64,000 bases of DNA from Candidatus Omnitrophota bacterium (GCA_016208765.1 JACQXK010000106.1:20256-84255); one strand, 5' to 3'. Positions 9,002 to 18,694 are shown, numbered from the stretch's first letter. Program-made: numbers and translations. Notes: generated from the sequence alone by a model not told the origin.

Positions 9002-10116
9002 GGATCCAATTTTCCAATTTAGGGCTGCAGCATAAAGAAATTAAAAAGGAAATATTGCAATCTGTAAATAAGGTAATTAAAAACGGCGATTTTATTCTGG
9101 GTGATGATGTGCGCCTTTTTGAAGAAGAGTTTGCCAAGTTTTGCAACTGTAATTATGGGGTAGGGGTGAGTTCAGGGACCGCAGCTTTATTTCTTGCCTG
9201 TCTTAGCGCCGGAGTCGGGCCGCAAGATGAGGTGATCGTGCCTGCATTTACTTATATCGCTACTGCCTTGAGCGTTTCTTATACCGGAGCAAAACCTGTT
9301 TTTGTTGATATTGAAGAGGATACTTATAACATTGATATCCATAAGATAAAAAGCGCTATCACAAAAAATACTAAGGCAATTATGCCGGTTCATCTTTACG
9401 GCCACCCTGCGAATATGCCGGCAATTATGAAAATTGCCGATGAATATAATTTAAAGGTGATTGAAGATGCTGCCCAGGCGCACGGAGCAAGTATTAAGTT
9501 GGAGAATGGAAGCTGGAAGATTACCGGAGGTATCGGCGATATCGGGTGTTTTAGCTTTTATCCTTCCAAAAATTTAGGGGCATTGGGTGATGGCGGCATG
9601 GTTGTTACAAATGACAAGGAAACCTATAAGAAGCTGCTTATGTTCAGGGATTACGGAAGGATTTCAAAATATGAGCATGCGATCATCGGGTATAATTCCC
9701 GTCTGGATACTTTGCAAGCCGGGATTTTGCGCGTAAAATTAAAAAAGCTGAATTTATGGAATAATATGCGCATAAAAGCAGCCAAGCTTTATAACAAATT
9801 TTTAGGCGATATAGAAGGGGTAATTGTCCCCTCAGTGTTACCAACAGTCAAACACGTGTATCATGTTTACGTGATCAGGTCTAAGAAACGGGATGAATTA
9901 TTCAACAGTTTAAAAGATGCGGGTGTGTCTGCCATTATCCATTATCCAATTCCGCTTCATTTACAAAAGGCTTATGAAGATTTAGGGTATAAAACCGGGG
10001 ATTTTCCTGTTTCTGAAAAAGTTGCCCAGGAAATTATTTCTCTGCCAATGTACCCGCATATTACTGAAAAGGAAATTAAATACGTAGCAGGCGTGATTAA
10101 GAAAGTTTTGTCATAA
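8998..10116 (+). CDS. DegT/DnrJ/EryC1/StrS-family PLP-dependent sugar aminotransferase (ArnB/WecE-like)
   Basis: The protein is 372 aa. It has the GDEVIVPAFTYIATA block and the lysine region FSFYPSKNLGALGDGG. Fold-type I sugar aminotransferases share this organisation. Confidence 0.75.
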   Translation: MRIQFSNLGLQHKEIKKEILQSVNKVIKNGDFILGDDVRLFEEEFAKFCNCNYGVGVSSGTAALFLACLSAGVGPQDEVIVPAFTYIATALSVSYTGAKPVFVDIEEDTYNIDIHKIKSAITKNTKAIMPVHLYGHPANMPAIMKIADEYNLKVIEDAAQAHGASIKLENGSWKITGGIGDIGCFSFYPSKNLGALGDGGMVVTNDKETYKKLLMFRDYGRISKYEHAIIGYNSRLDTLQAGILRVKLKKLNLWNNMRIKAAKLYNKFLGDIEGVIVPSVLPTVKHVYHVYVIRSKKRDELFNSLKDAGVSAIIHYPIPLHLQKAYEDLGYKTGDFPVSEKVAQEIISLPMYPHITEKEIKYVAGVIKKVLS

Positions 10117-10117
10117 A

Positions 10118-10894
10118 ATGCCTGAGAAAATCAATCTTTCAGTCGTGGTTTTGGCAAAAAATGAGGCAGGGCGTATTGCTAAGTGTTTAGAATCGGCTCT
10201 CTGGGCGGATGAAATAATTGTGGTTGATGATGAGTCTACTGATAAAACACAAGAGGTAGTCAGGAAATTCACCGACAGGATATTTGTCAGGAAAATGGAT
10301 GTTGAAGGCAGGCACAGGAATTGGGCGTACGCCCAGGCAAGGAACCAGTGGGTGTTAAGCCTGGATGCGGATGAAATAATTACTCCTGAATTAAGGGATG
10401 AAATTATATTTGAATTAAAAAATAACCCAAAAGAAAACGGTTTTACTATCCCTCGCAGGAATTTTATTGGTGAATATTGGGTAAAATACGGAGGGTGGTA
10501 TCCCAGCCCGCAGCTCAGGCTATTTAGGAAAGATAAATTCCGTTATGAAGAGGTGGCTGTGCACCCGCGCGCATTTATGGATGATCCTTGCGGGCACTTA
10601 AAAAGCGATTTGATCCATTATTCATTCCGTAACCTTGAAGATATGTTTGCTAAATTAAACAGGCAAACTACATGGGAGGCCCAGAAATGGTTTGATCAAA
10701 ATAAACCTATGCGGCTGGGCAGGTTTCTGTATCGCACAATTGACAGGTTTATGCGCACCTATGTAGGGCGAAAAGGGTATAAGGATGGATTTATTGGTTT
10801 TGTTGTTGCTTTTAACAGCGGGATGTACCAGTTTTTAAGCTACCTAAAATATAAGGAGCTTATTGCTGCGCAGGCTTTAAGCCGCAAAACATAA
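10118..10894 (+). CDS. GT2 glycosyltransferase
   Basis: It has SVVVLAKNEAGRI, VVDDESTDKT and SLDADE (DXD). Its C-terminal half is paralogous to the fragment at 2-466. Confidence 0.6.
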   Translation: MPEKINLSVVVLAKNEAGRIAKCLESALWADEIIVVDDESTDKTQEVVRKFTDRIFVRKMDVEGRHRNWAYAQARNQWVLSLDADEIITPELRDEIIFELKNNPKENGFTIPRRNFIGEYWVKYGGWYPSPQLRLFRKDKFRYEEVAVHPRAFMDDPCGHLKSDLIHYSFRNLEDMFAKLNRQTTWEAQKWFDQNKPMRLGRFLYRTIDRFMRTYVGRKGYKDGFIGFVVAFNSGMYQFLSYLKYKELIAAQALSRKT

Positions 10895-10907
10895 TTAATT
10901 TTACTTT

Positions 10908-11459
10908 ATGAAAGCAAAAATAATCTTCTTAGACCGCGATGGGGTGATCAATAAATACCCCGGTGACAAAAAATACGTTACTTCATTAAAGAAATTCAGG
11001 TTCTTGCCAAAGGTAAAAAAAGCGATTGCGCTTTTTTCTAAGCATGGCTTTAAGGTGTTTGTGATTTCTAACCAAGCTGGTGTCGGGAAGGGCGTGTATA
11101 GCCAGCGCACGCTTGATCTAATCACAAAGAAGATGCTTTCTGAAGTTGAGTTATACGCAGGTAAAATTGAAGGCGTATATTACTGTACTCACCGGCCGAA
11201 AGAAAATTGTTCCTGCCGCAAGCCCCGCGCAGGAATGTTAAATGCTGCTGCCAGGCAATGGCCGCTTGATTTAAAAAACGCGTATTTTATCGGCGATACT
11301 ATTAGTGATGTGCTCACTGCCAAAGAAGCAGGTTGTAAATCAATCCTGGTCTTATCTGGAAAAGAAAAGGCCGCCAACCGTAAAAACTGGGAAGTTCAGC
11401 CTGATCTGTTTTTTCAGGACCTTTTCGCAGCAGCCACTTATCTGGTTAAACAAAAATAA
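10908..11459 (+). CDS. gmhB: D-glycero-D-manno-heptose 1,7-bisphosphate phosphatase (HAD-IIIA)
   Basis: HAD motif I is FLDRDGVIN. The GmhB-type zinc cysteine cluster C-x-H-x(n)-C-x-C-RKP is present. The GDT(I)SD motif also fits the family. Confidence 0.65.
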   Translation: MKAKIIFLDRDGVINKYPGDKKYVTSLKKFRFLPKVKKAIALFSKHGFKVFVISNQAGVGKGVYSQRTLDLITKKMLSEVELYAGKIEGVYYCTHRPKENCSCRKPRAGMLNAAARQWPLDLKNAYFIGDTISDVLTAKEAGCKSILVLSGKEKAANRKNWEVQPDLFFQDLFAAATYLVKQK

Positions 11460-11461
11460 TT

Positions 11462-12556
11462 ATGAAAAAGATTTTAATTGTTTATGCTTCTGCAGGGGCT
11501 GGGCATTTTAAGGCTGCTGAGGCAGTTTATAAATATTTAAAGAATAATGAGAAAGATGCGCAAATTGAATTTTTGGATATTTTACAACAGACAAACTTTC
11601 TTTTCCGCCTGTTTTATACGTGGGGGTATTCGTTTTTAATAAACCATGCGGTTGCGCTTTGGCGCTGGGCGTTTTGGGCTACTTATGTGCGCAGGCTGCG
11701 CAGGCTTACAAAAAAAACCGCAGTAATTATTGATCGCTTGAATTCAGCAAGGTTTTCAGATTATCTTGTAAGGCAAAACCCTGATTTTATAATTTCAACG
11801 CATTTTCTTCCTTCGGAAATAGCCGCTTACTTAAAAACTCAGCAAAAAATCACATCTAAGGTTATAACCATAATTACTGATTTTGGCGTGCATCCTTATT
11901 GGCTGTCTTTAGGCACTGATATTTATATTGTGGCCTCTGACTATACTAAAGAGAAGCTCCTTCTTGAATCAGGCAAGCCTGAAGATATAAGAGCATCAGG
12001 AATTCCTGTTGATGAGAAATTCCTGAAATCATTTAACCGCAGAGAATTGTCCCTAAAACTCGGGCTTGATGCGGATAAGTTTACCGGAATTTTAATTACA
12101 GGTTCTTTTGGGCTTGGGCCTATTGAGGAGATTGTTGATGCGTTGCACGGGCAATTGCAATTAATCGTTGTCTGTGCCAGAAATAAAAAATTGTTTACGC
12201 GTTTAAAAAAGAAAAACTATCCGGATTGTCTGGTTTTGGGGTTTGTGGACAACGTGCAGGAGTTAATGGCGGTTTCAGACATTATTATTACCAAGCCCGG
12301 GGGTATGACAATATCAGAGGTTTTGGCAATGGAACTGGTGCCTTTTTTCATTTCTCCTATCCCGGGGCAGGAAACAGAAAATATGAAGGCATTACAAAAC
12401 TACGGGATTGGACAGGAAATAAAAAGGGCCTCGGATTTTAAAGAAATAATCTTTGATTGTAAAAATAATCCAGGAAAAATGCAAAAAGTCAGAGAAGCAA
12501 TAAAAAAAATAAAGAAACCTAATGCAGCACAGGAGTTATCTCGTGTTATTCGCTAA
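11462..12556 (+). CDS. GT28-family glycosyltransferase, MGDG-synthase/UgtP-like
   Basis: The N-terminus ILIVYASAGAGHFKAAEAV is the MGDG_synth N-domain. The C-terminal half is a GT28-type domain (ITKPGGMTISE). Confidence 0.5.
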   Translation: MKKILIVYASAGAGHFKAAEAVYKYLKNNEKDAQIEFLDILQQTNFLFRLFYTWGYSFLINHAVALWRWAFWATYVRRLRRLTKKTAVIIDRLNSARFSDYLVRQNPDFIISTHFLPSEIAAYLKTQQKITSKVITIITDFGVHPYWLSLGTDIYIVASDYTKEKLLLESGKPEDIRASGIPVDEKFLKSFNRRELSLKLGLDADKFTGILITGSFGLGPIEEIVDALHGQLQLIVVCARNKKLFTRLKKKNYPDCLVLGFVDNVQELMAVSDIIITKPGGMTISEVLAMELVPFFISPIPGQETENMKALQNYGIGQEIKRASDFKEIIFDCKNNPGKMQKVREAIKKIKKPNAAQELSRVIR

Positions 12557-12563
12557 GGTAGTA

Positions 12564-14390
12564 ATGGGGATTGCTATTGAGGGCCCGTTTGATTACATTG
12601 TTCCGGATCCTTTGAGTGATAAAGTGAAAAAAGGCTGCCGTGTTTTAGTTTACTTGCGTAATAGAAGGGCCGTAGGTTATGTTGTAGAGCTTTCTTCTGC
12701 GTCTAAGATTAAGAATCTTAAGCCAATCTTAAAAGTTTTAGATGAATCTGTGTGCTTAGATGAAGGCATGCTTTTGTTGACAAAAAAACTCTCTGAATAT
12801 TATTGTTGTTCCTGGGGGGAGGCAATAGAATCTTCGCTTCCAGAAGCGCTACGTACTCCCAAAAGCGTTAATGAAGTTTTCCCAAGTTATCCGAAGGTAG
12901 AAAATGACAATGCCAAGATAACAGTTATGCAGGGCTCGGACGTTAAAAGCCGTTGGGAATATTATCTTGAGCAGGTAAAACAAACTTTAGCGCATGGCGA
13001 ATCAGCCATAATTCTGGTTTCTAATATCAAGTCCCTTGTTTATCTGAAGAATATGCTGGAACAGGAGTTAAAAACAAATATCAATGTTTTGTACAGAAAA
13101 GAAGCCGGTGAGTTAGAACAATGGCTTAATATACGTAAGACAGCCTCCAGCCTTGTGATCGGGGCGCGTTCAGCTGTTTTTGCACCTTCACAGAATCTTG
13201 GTTTAATTATTGTTGACGAAGAGCAGGATCCTGTTTATAAGCAGGATCAGGTTCCGCACTACCATGCAAGAGAAGCGGCGATAATGCGCGCAAATCAAGC
13301 TGGAGCAAACCTGATTTTAGCAAGCCATGCCCCATCTTTAGAATCATTTTATATGGCAAATCAGCTGGAAAGCAAAGTTGAATATTTGCAATTACCGCGT
13401 AAAAATGTTTTTCCGGAAATTAATGTCGTTGATATGAACCCCGAGCTGCGTTTTAACCGCAATAAAGGCGTCATTTTCTCAAAATATTTACAGGATGCCA
13501 TAATGTCTTCCTTGACAGCTAAAGGCAAAACACTTTTATTTCTAAACAGGAAGGGTTTTGCTACTTTTGCTTCCTGCAATAATTGTGGGCATATCTTAAA
13601 ATGCCCTCGTTGCAGTATTAATTTAGTGTATCACTTTAAAGGTAACTTATTAAGTTGTCATTATTGCAGTTATAATCTTGAGGCGCCAAAAATATGCCCT
13701 TCCTGCAACGCCGGTTATATCAAATTTGCAGGCGTAGGCGCAGAGAAGATTGAGAGTGAGATATCGCGGATTTTCCCTCAGGCGCTAATTAAGCGTTGTG
13801 AGGCGGATGAAGAAATTCAACTAAAAGACGCTGATATTTTTATTTCAACAAGCAGTATCATTAGAAACCCAAATTATAATTTTGATCTGATAGCTGTGCT
13901 GGGGATTGATAATACGATTAACCGGGTAGATTTTCGCGCAAGCGAAAAGGCATTTGTCATGTTAGCAGGACTTTCCGGGTTGACTTCAAAAAGGATGATT
14001 ATTCAAACAACCCTCGGCAGGCACCATTGTTTTGAGGCCCTGCAAAGAAAAGATTTTAATTTATTTTATAAAGAAGAATTGAAACAACGCAAGCAATTGA
14101 AATTTCCTCCCTACAAACATTTGATAGTAGTGAAATTTCGCGGTAAAATTGAAGAGAATGTAAAAACCGCAAGCCTTAATTTTTTTGAATCACTCGGCAA
14201 AAAAAAACATAAGCAACTGCAATTGATTTCTGTTAACCCGATGCAGTTATCAAAGCTGCGCGGCAATTATTATTGGCAGGTTTTGATAAGTGTTAACGAA
14301 ATAAGAAGCGCGGTTAAGTTTTTAAAATTACACTTAAAAGGCCTGAAGCATTCGGGTATAATAGTAACCGTTGATGTAGACCCTGTTTAG
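12564..14390 (+). CDS. priA: Primosomal protein N' (PriA) with degenerate helicase motifs
   Basis: The N-terminal 3'-end-binding block is GPFDYIVPDPL...GCRVLVYLRNRRAVGYV. The Cys-rich insertion is CPRC...CHYC...CPSC. The C-terminal domain is present. Motif I reads QGSDVKS instead of GSGKT, and motif II reads DEEQD instead of DEEHD. I chose the ATG at 12564 rather than 12522 to avoid overlap; it has an AAGG RBS. Confidence 0.7.
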   Translation: MGIAIEGPFDYIVPDPLSDKVKKGCRVLVYLRNRRAVGYVVELSSASKIKNLKPILKVLDESVCLDEGMLLLTKKLSEYYCCSWGEAIESSLPEALRTPKSVNEVFPSYPKVENDNAKITVMQGSDVKSRWEYYLEQVKQTLAHGESAIILVSNIKSLVYLKNMLEQELKTNINVLYRKEAGELEQWLNIRKTASSLVIGARSAVFAPSQNLGLIIVDEEQDPVYKQDQVPHYHAREAAIMRANQAGANLILASHAPSLESFYMANQLESKVEYLQLPRKNVFPEINVVDMNPELRFNRNKGVIFSKYLQDAIMSSLTAKGKTLLFLNRKGFATFASCNNCGHILKCPRCSINLVYHFKGNLLSCHYCSYNLEAPKICPSCNAGYIKFAGVGAEKIESEISRIFPQALIKRCEADEEIQLKDADIFISTSSIIRNPNYNFDLIAVLGIDNTINRVDFRASEKAFVMLAGLSGLTSKRMIIQTTLGRHHCFEALQRKDFNLFYKEELKQRKQLKFPPYKHLIVVKFRGKIEENVKTASLNFFESLGKKKHKQLQLISVNPMQLSKLRGNYYWQVLISVNEIRSAVKFLKLHLKGLKHSGIIVTVDVDPV

Positions 14391-14397
14391 GAGAAAA

Positions 14398-15336
14398 ATG
14401 AAGATAGTTTTTTTTGGAAGCAGCCATTTTGCCGTATCATCTTTAGAGGCATTGATAAAATCAGGTTATGATATAGCCTGCGTGGTAACTCAACCCGATA
14501 AGAAAAAAGGAAGGCATCTGCATTTGGCCTCAACCTGCGTAAAAACGCTTGCCGAGGCAGCAGGGATAGATGTTTTTCAGCCTCAAGATATTAATACAAA
14601 TGATTCTGTAAATCATCTTAAGGCCATTGGGGCGGATTTGTTTGTGATTGTGGCTTATGGCCAGATACTTTCACAGCCGGTATTGGATCTTCCCGGAGTT
14701 ATGGCTGTCAACATACATGCGTCACTTCTTCCAAAATACCGCGGTGCCGCTCCTATCAACTGGGCGATTATTAAAGGAGAAGAAATTACAGGAGTAACCA
14801 TTATGAGAGTAGAACGCAGAATGGATTGCGGCCCGGTAATTTCTCAAAAAGAAATTAGTATAAACGAAGATGACACTGCAATAAGCCTTGAGATATCCTT
14901 GAGTAGGCTTGGAGGAGAACTGCTGCTGGAGACTGTTAAGAATATCAAGAATGTAAAATTGTTTCCTCAAAATGATCTTTATGCAACTTATGCATCAAAA
15001 TTAAAAAAATCAGACGGCCTGATAGATTGGAAGAAAACGGCAATTGAAATTTATAATTTGGTCAGAGGCACTTTGCCCTGGCCCGGAGCGTTTACTTATT
15101 ATAACTCTAAGCTGGTAAAAATTTATATTGTAGAAAAGTTTATGCTTTTTGATAAAAAAGATTTCTCTTGCGGGGAGATCGTTGAGATCTTAAAAGACGG
15201 CATTGTTGTGGTTGCCGGTAAAGGGGCGGTTATTATTAAAGAATTGCAAATTGAGGGAAAGCGCAGGATGACCGCTGCTGAATTTATTGCCGGGCACAAG
15301 GTGTCAGTTGGAGAAAGCCTTTTAACTAAAAAATAA
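14398..15336 (+). CDS. fmt: Methionyl-tRNA formyltransferase
   Basis: The block HASLLPKYRGAAPINWAII matches the family motif. A C-terminal Fmt_C-like domain is present. The gene follows priA as in many bacteria. Confidence 0.8.
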   Translation: MKIVFFGSSHFAVSSLEALIKSGYDIACVVTQPDKKKGRHLHLASTCVKTLAEAAGIDVFQPQDINTNDSVNHLKAIGADLFVIVAYGQILSQPVLDLPGVMAVNIHASLLPKYRGAAPINWAIIKGEEITGVTIMRVERRMDCGPVISQKEISINEDDTAISLEISLSRLGGELLLETVKNIKNVKLFPQNDLYATYASKLKKSDGLIDWKKTAIEIYNLVRGTLPWPGAFTYYNSKLVKIYIVEKFMLFDKKDFSCGEIVEILKDGIVVVAGKGAVIIKELQIEGKRRMTAAEFIAGHKVSVGESLLTKK

Positions 15337-15405
15337 TTGCATAATACTATCTTTGTTGTTATAATTATTTTCTCAAATCAAAAACACTTATAAATTTAAA
15401 TAACT

Positions 15406-16431
15406 ATGCCTGAATTACGTAAAGATCCGATAATTGGAAGATGGGTTATTGTTGCTACTGAGCGCGCAAAAAGGCCTGATCAATTTCTTACTCAGGACCT
15501 TGGTGCGCCTCCTGAAAGCCTTTGTCCTTTTTGCGAAGGCCATGAATCGCAAACCCCTCCGGAAATTTACTCAATAAGGCCCAAAAATACACCTCATAAT
15601 GCTCCTGGCTGGGATTTAAGGGTTGTGCCGAGCATTGCGCCATTTTTGAGAATTGAAGGCGAGCTTGAACGCAGGGGAAAAGGCCTGTATGATTTAATGA
15701 ATGGTGTCGGCGCACACGAAATAGTTGTTGAAACAAACAAGCATATTGCCAATATGGCAGATTTAAGCGAAGAGCAGATTGCAAATGTTTTTAGCTGCTA
15801 TATTAATAGGATGCTTGATCTTGAAAAAGACAAGCGGTTTAAATACGTGCTTGTTTTTAAGAATTATGGTTGGGTTGCAGGAGCCGGCAGGGTGCATCAT
15901 TCAAGGTCGCAAATCATTGCCACGCCAGTAAACCCAAAGCGTGTAAAAGAAGAGCTTATCGGAGCAAGGCATTATTTTGATTATCATGAGAGATGTGTTT
16001 TTTGTGATATGATCAAGCAGGAGATGTCCTCTAAAGAAAGGCTTGTGCTGGAGATTGACGGTTTTGTTGCAATTGTTCCGTTTGCTTCAAGGTTCCCTTT
16101 TGAAGTTTGGATATTGCCAAAGAAACATTCCTGTGACTTTACCACACTTGATTCCTCTGATAAGAAGAACCTTGCGGCAATTATGAAAAAAGTCCTTCAG
16201 AAATTAAAGATCGGGTTAAATGACCCGCCGTATAATTATGTTGTGCATACTGCTCCTTTTCGCAGGGAAAAAGTCGGTTACTGGAAAAGCATAGATTCTG
16301 ATTATCACTGGCACATTGAAATTATGCCTCGTTTAACAAGAGTCGCCGGATTTGAATGGGGGACAGGTTTTTATATTTGTCCGCTTCCTCCGGAAGATGG
16401 CGCTAAGTTTTTGCGAGATATACCTGTTTAA
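15406..16431 (+). CDS. GalT-like (class I, HIT-type) hexose-1-phosphate uridylyltransferase paralog with a non-canonical active-site motif
   Basis: It shares CPFCEGHE, KYVLVFKNYG and FCDM blocks with the downstream copy. It has HHSRSQII where the downstream copy has EHPHSQII. Confidence 0.6.
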   Translation: MPELRKDPIIGRWVIVATERAKRPDQFLTQDLGAPPESLCPFCEGHESQTPPEIYSIRPKNTPHNAPGWDLRVVPSIAPFLRIEGELERRGKGLYDLMNGVGAHEIVVETNKHIANMADLSEEQIANVFSCYINRMLDLEKDKRFKYVLVFKNYGWVAGAGRVHHSRSQIIATPVNPKRVKEELIGARHYFDYHERCVFCDMIKQEMSSKERLVLEIDGFVAIVPFASRFPFEVWILPKKHSCDFTTLDSSDKKNLAAIMKKVLQKLKIGLNDPPYNYVVHTAPFRREKVGYWKSIDSDYHWHIEIMPRLTRVAGFEWGTGFYICPLPPEDGAKFLRDIPV

Positions 16432-16473
16432 CAAGTAGTTTAATAAAAAAATTATTTTAAACTGACCTAAAAA

Positions 16474-17469
16474 ATGTCTGAATTAAGAAGAGACCCGATT
16501 GGTGGAAGATGGATCATAGTTGATACTGATCATCCGAGTAAGCCGGCTGATTTTGAGTATGAGCCAAGCGCTTTTAGGCAGGGGATCTGTCCGTTTTGTT
16601 ATGGTAACGAGTCTATGACCCCTCCTGAGATTGATGTGATCAGGGATCCTTATACGCATCCAAACACCGCCGGATGGCAGGTAAGGGTGGTTTCTAATAA
16701 ATTCCCGGCACTGCAGATAGAGGGAGATTTAGACAGGCGCGGGATCGGGCTTTATGATATGTCTAATGGCGTAGGGGCTCATGAGATTTTAATTGAAACG
16801 CCGTATCATTCCAAGGACATCCCTGATTTACTAAATAACGAGATAGAGAATTTCCTGATTTTATATTGCCGCAGGTCGCTTGATCTGGCAAAAGACAAGC
16901 GTTTTAAATACATTATGGTATTTAAGAATTTTGGCGCAGCAGCAGGGGCTTCTTTGGAGCATCCCCATTCCCAGATTATTGCTTTACCGATGGTGCCTAA
17001 GAATGTTTACGAGGAAATTAAGGGGGCGCAGAATTTCTTTAATTTTCGGGAGCGTTGTATTTTCTGCGATATGCTCAGGCAGGAAACGCAGGAAAAAGAG
17101 CGGGTGATTTTGGAGAATAATTATTTTCTTTCTTTTTGCCCGTTTGTTTCCAGGTTCCCGTTTGAGATTTGGATCATGCCTAAAAAGCACAGCGCTTCAT
17201 TTTCCCGCATTGCTCCAGAGGAGATTTCCGCGCTGGCATCAATTTTAAAAGATACGATTTCAAAACTAAAGAATTTATTTCCGAATGTTTCTTACAATTA
17301 CATCATTCATACTGCTCCGACTAACGGGGAGTCAGATGTAGAAGGATATCATTGGCACATTGAATTTATGCCTAAGCTTACACGCGTTGCCGGGTTTGAA
17401 TGGGGTTCAGGATTTTATCTGGTTTCTACCCCTCCAGAGCTTGCGGCGCAGTATTTAAGGGGAGTTTAA
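16474..17469 (+). CDS. galT: Galactose-1-phosphate uridylyltransferase (class I)
   Basis: It has the CPFCYGNE zinc motif and the canonical LEHPHSQIIALP nucleophile motif. The duplicated half-domain carries FCDM. Confidence 0.75.
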   Translation: MSELRRDPIGGRWIIVDTDHPSKPADFEYEPSAFRQGICPFCYGNESMTPPEIDVIRDPYTHPNTAGWQVRVVSNKFPALQIEGDLDRRGIGLYDMSNGVGAHEILIETPYHSKDIPDLLNNEIENFLILYCRRSLDLAKDKRFKYIMVFKNFGAAAGASLEHPHSQIIALPMVPKNVYEEIKGAQNFFNFRERCIFCDMLRQETQEKERVILENNYFLSFCPFVSRFPFEIWIMPKKHSASFSRIAPEEISALASILKDTISKLKNLFPNVSYNYIIHTAPTNGESDVEGYHWHIEFMPKLTRVAGFEWGSGFYLVSTPPELAAQYLRGV

Positions 17470-17493
17470 ATAACCAACAAGGAGGAAAATGAA

Positions 17494-18546
17494 ATGGCAG
17501 TAAAGATTGGTATCAATGGTTTTGGAAGAATTGGCAGGATGGTGGGAAGGGCAATCTTAGAAAGTAAGAGCAAGGATATTGAACTTGTGGCTGTAAACGA
17601 TATCACAGATGCCAAGTCTCTGGCGCATCTGTTAAAATATGATTCTGTGCATGGCCGCTTTCCCGGCGGGGATGTTAAAGCTGGGGATAATTCAATTATA
17701 GTTAATGGAAAAGAGATTAAGGTGCTTGCCAAAAGAGACCCTGCAGAATTGCCTTGGAAGGAGTTGGGGGTTGAAATTGTGGTGGAATCTACCGGTTTAT
17801 TTACCGTAAAGAATGACGGAGTAAATAAGAAAGGTAAAGAGGTTAAAGGGGCAATAAATCATATTACCAAGGGCGGGGCAAAGAAGGTAATTATCAGCGC
17901 ACCTGCAGAAGGTGAAGATATTACGATAGTTATGGGAGTTAATGATGATAAATATGACCCGAAGCTGCACAGTGTAATTTCCAATGCTTCTTGTACCACA
18001 AATTGCCTTGGCCCTGTGGCAAAGGTAATCAATGATAATTGGGGTATTGAAAAAGGCCTGATGACAACAATCCATGCATATACGAATGACCAGAGATTAC
18101 AGGATCTTCCGCATTCTGATATGCGCCGTGCTCGTGCTGCAGCAGTTTCCATGATCCCTACTTCTACGGGCGCTGCAAGAGCAATCGGGTTGGTGATCCC
18201 TGAATTAAAAGGAAAGCTTGATGGCTTTGCTATTCGTGTCCCGGTGCCAAATGTCTCAATCGTGGATTTGACATGTTCGCTTAAGAAGGAAACTACTGTT
18301 GAAGATATTAATAAAGCATTAAAAGATGCCTCGGAAACAAAAATGAAGGGCATACTTTGCTATACTACCGATGATGTGGTGTCAGTGGATTTTAATCATT
18401 ACCCGGCATCAAGCACTGTTGATTCAAAGTTAACCAAGGTGCTTGGCGGTAATTTTGCCAAGGTAATCGCCTGGTACGATAATGAATGGGGTTATTCTTG
18501 CAGGGTTGTGGATTTGTGCGAATATTTGGTTAAAAGAGGGCTGTAA
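17494..18546 (+). CDS. gap: Glyceraldehyde-3-phosphate dehydrogenase
   Basis: The NAD-binding start is INGFGRIGR. The catalytic block [10 protein letters not shown] is present. An RBS AAGGAGG lies upstream. Confidence 0.9.
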   Translation: MAVKIGINGFGRIGRMVGRAILESKSKDIELVAVNDITDAKSLAHLLKYDSVHGRFPGGDVKAGDNSIIVNGKEIKVLAKRDPAELPWKELGVEIVVESTGLFTVKNDGVNKKGKEVKGAINHITKGGAKKVIISAPAEGEDITIVMGVNDDKYDPKLHSVISNASCTTNCLGPVAKVINDNWGIEKGLMTTIHAYTNDQRLQDLPHSDMRRARAAAVSMIPTSTGAARAIGLVIPELKGKLDGFAIRVPVPNVSIVDLTCSLKKETTVEDINKALKDASETKMKGILCYTTDDVVSVDFNHYPASSTVDSKLTKVLGGNFAKVIAWYDNEWGYSCRVVDLCEYLVKRGL

Positions 18547-18570
18547 AGCCTGTTTTTAGGCTAAAGTAAT

Positions 18571-18603
18571 AGGGGCTGTTCCTAATAAGAATTGCCCCTT
18601 TTG
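18571..18603 (+). terminator. Rho-independent terminator after gap
   Basis: A GGGGC...GCCCC stem with a 17-nt loop is immediately followed by TTTT. Confidence 0.5.
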
Positions 18604-18665
18604 CTTATATTAATCCGCAAATATTCATGTTCAAGGCTTTATTCCTGAGTTATTAATAAAAACCT

Positions 18666-18694
18666 TTGACAAAGCCTGATGCTTAATATATATT
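18666..18694 (+). promoter_or_regulatory. Sigma70-like promoter upstream of pgk
   Basis: A TTGACA -35 box, a 17-nt spacer and a TATATT -10 box. An RBS GGAGGAGG lies about 10 nt before the ATG at 18723. Confidence 0.45.

Noticed and set aside
12226-12441. A 71-aa plus-strand ORF in an alternative frame
   Set aside because: It lies inside the GT28 glycosyltransferase gene. It has a Gly-rich nonsense composition.
17859-18353. A 164-aa minus-strand ORF
   Set aside because: It is antisense to gap and has no features.
18547-18562. A small hairpin AGCCTGTTTTTAGGCT directly after the gap stop
   Set aside because: The 5-bp stem is weak. The GC-stem plus T-run terminator at 18571-18603 is the more credible element, so I did not report this as a separate feature.
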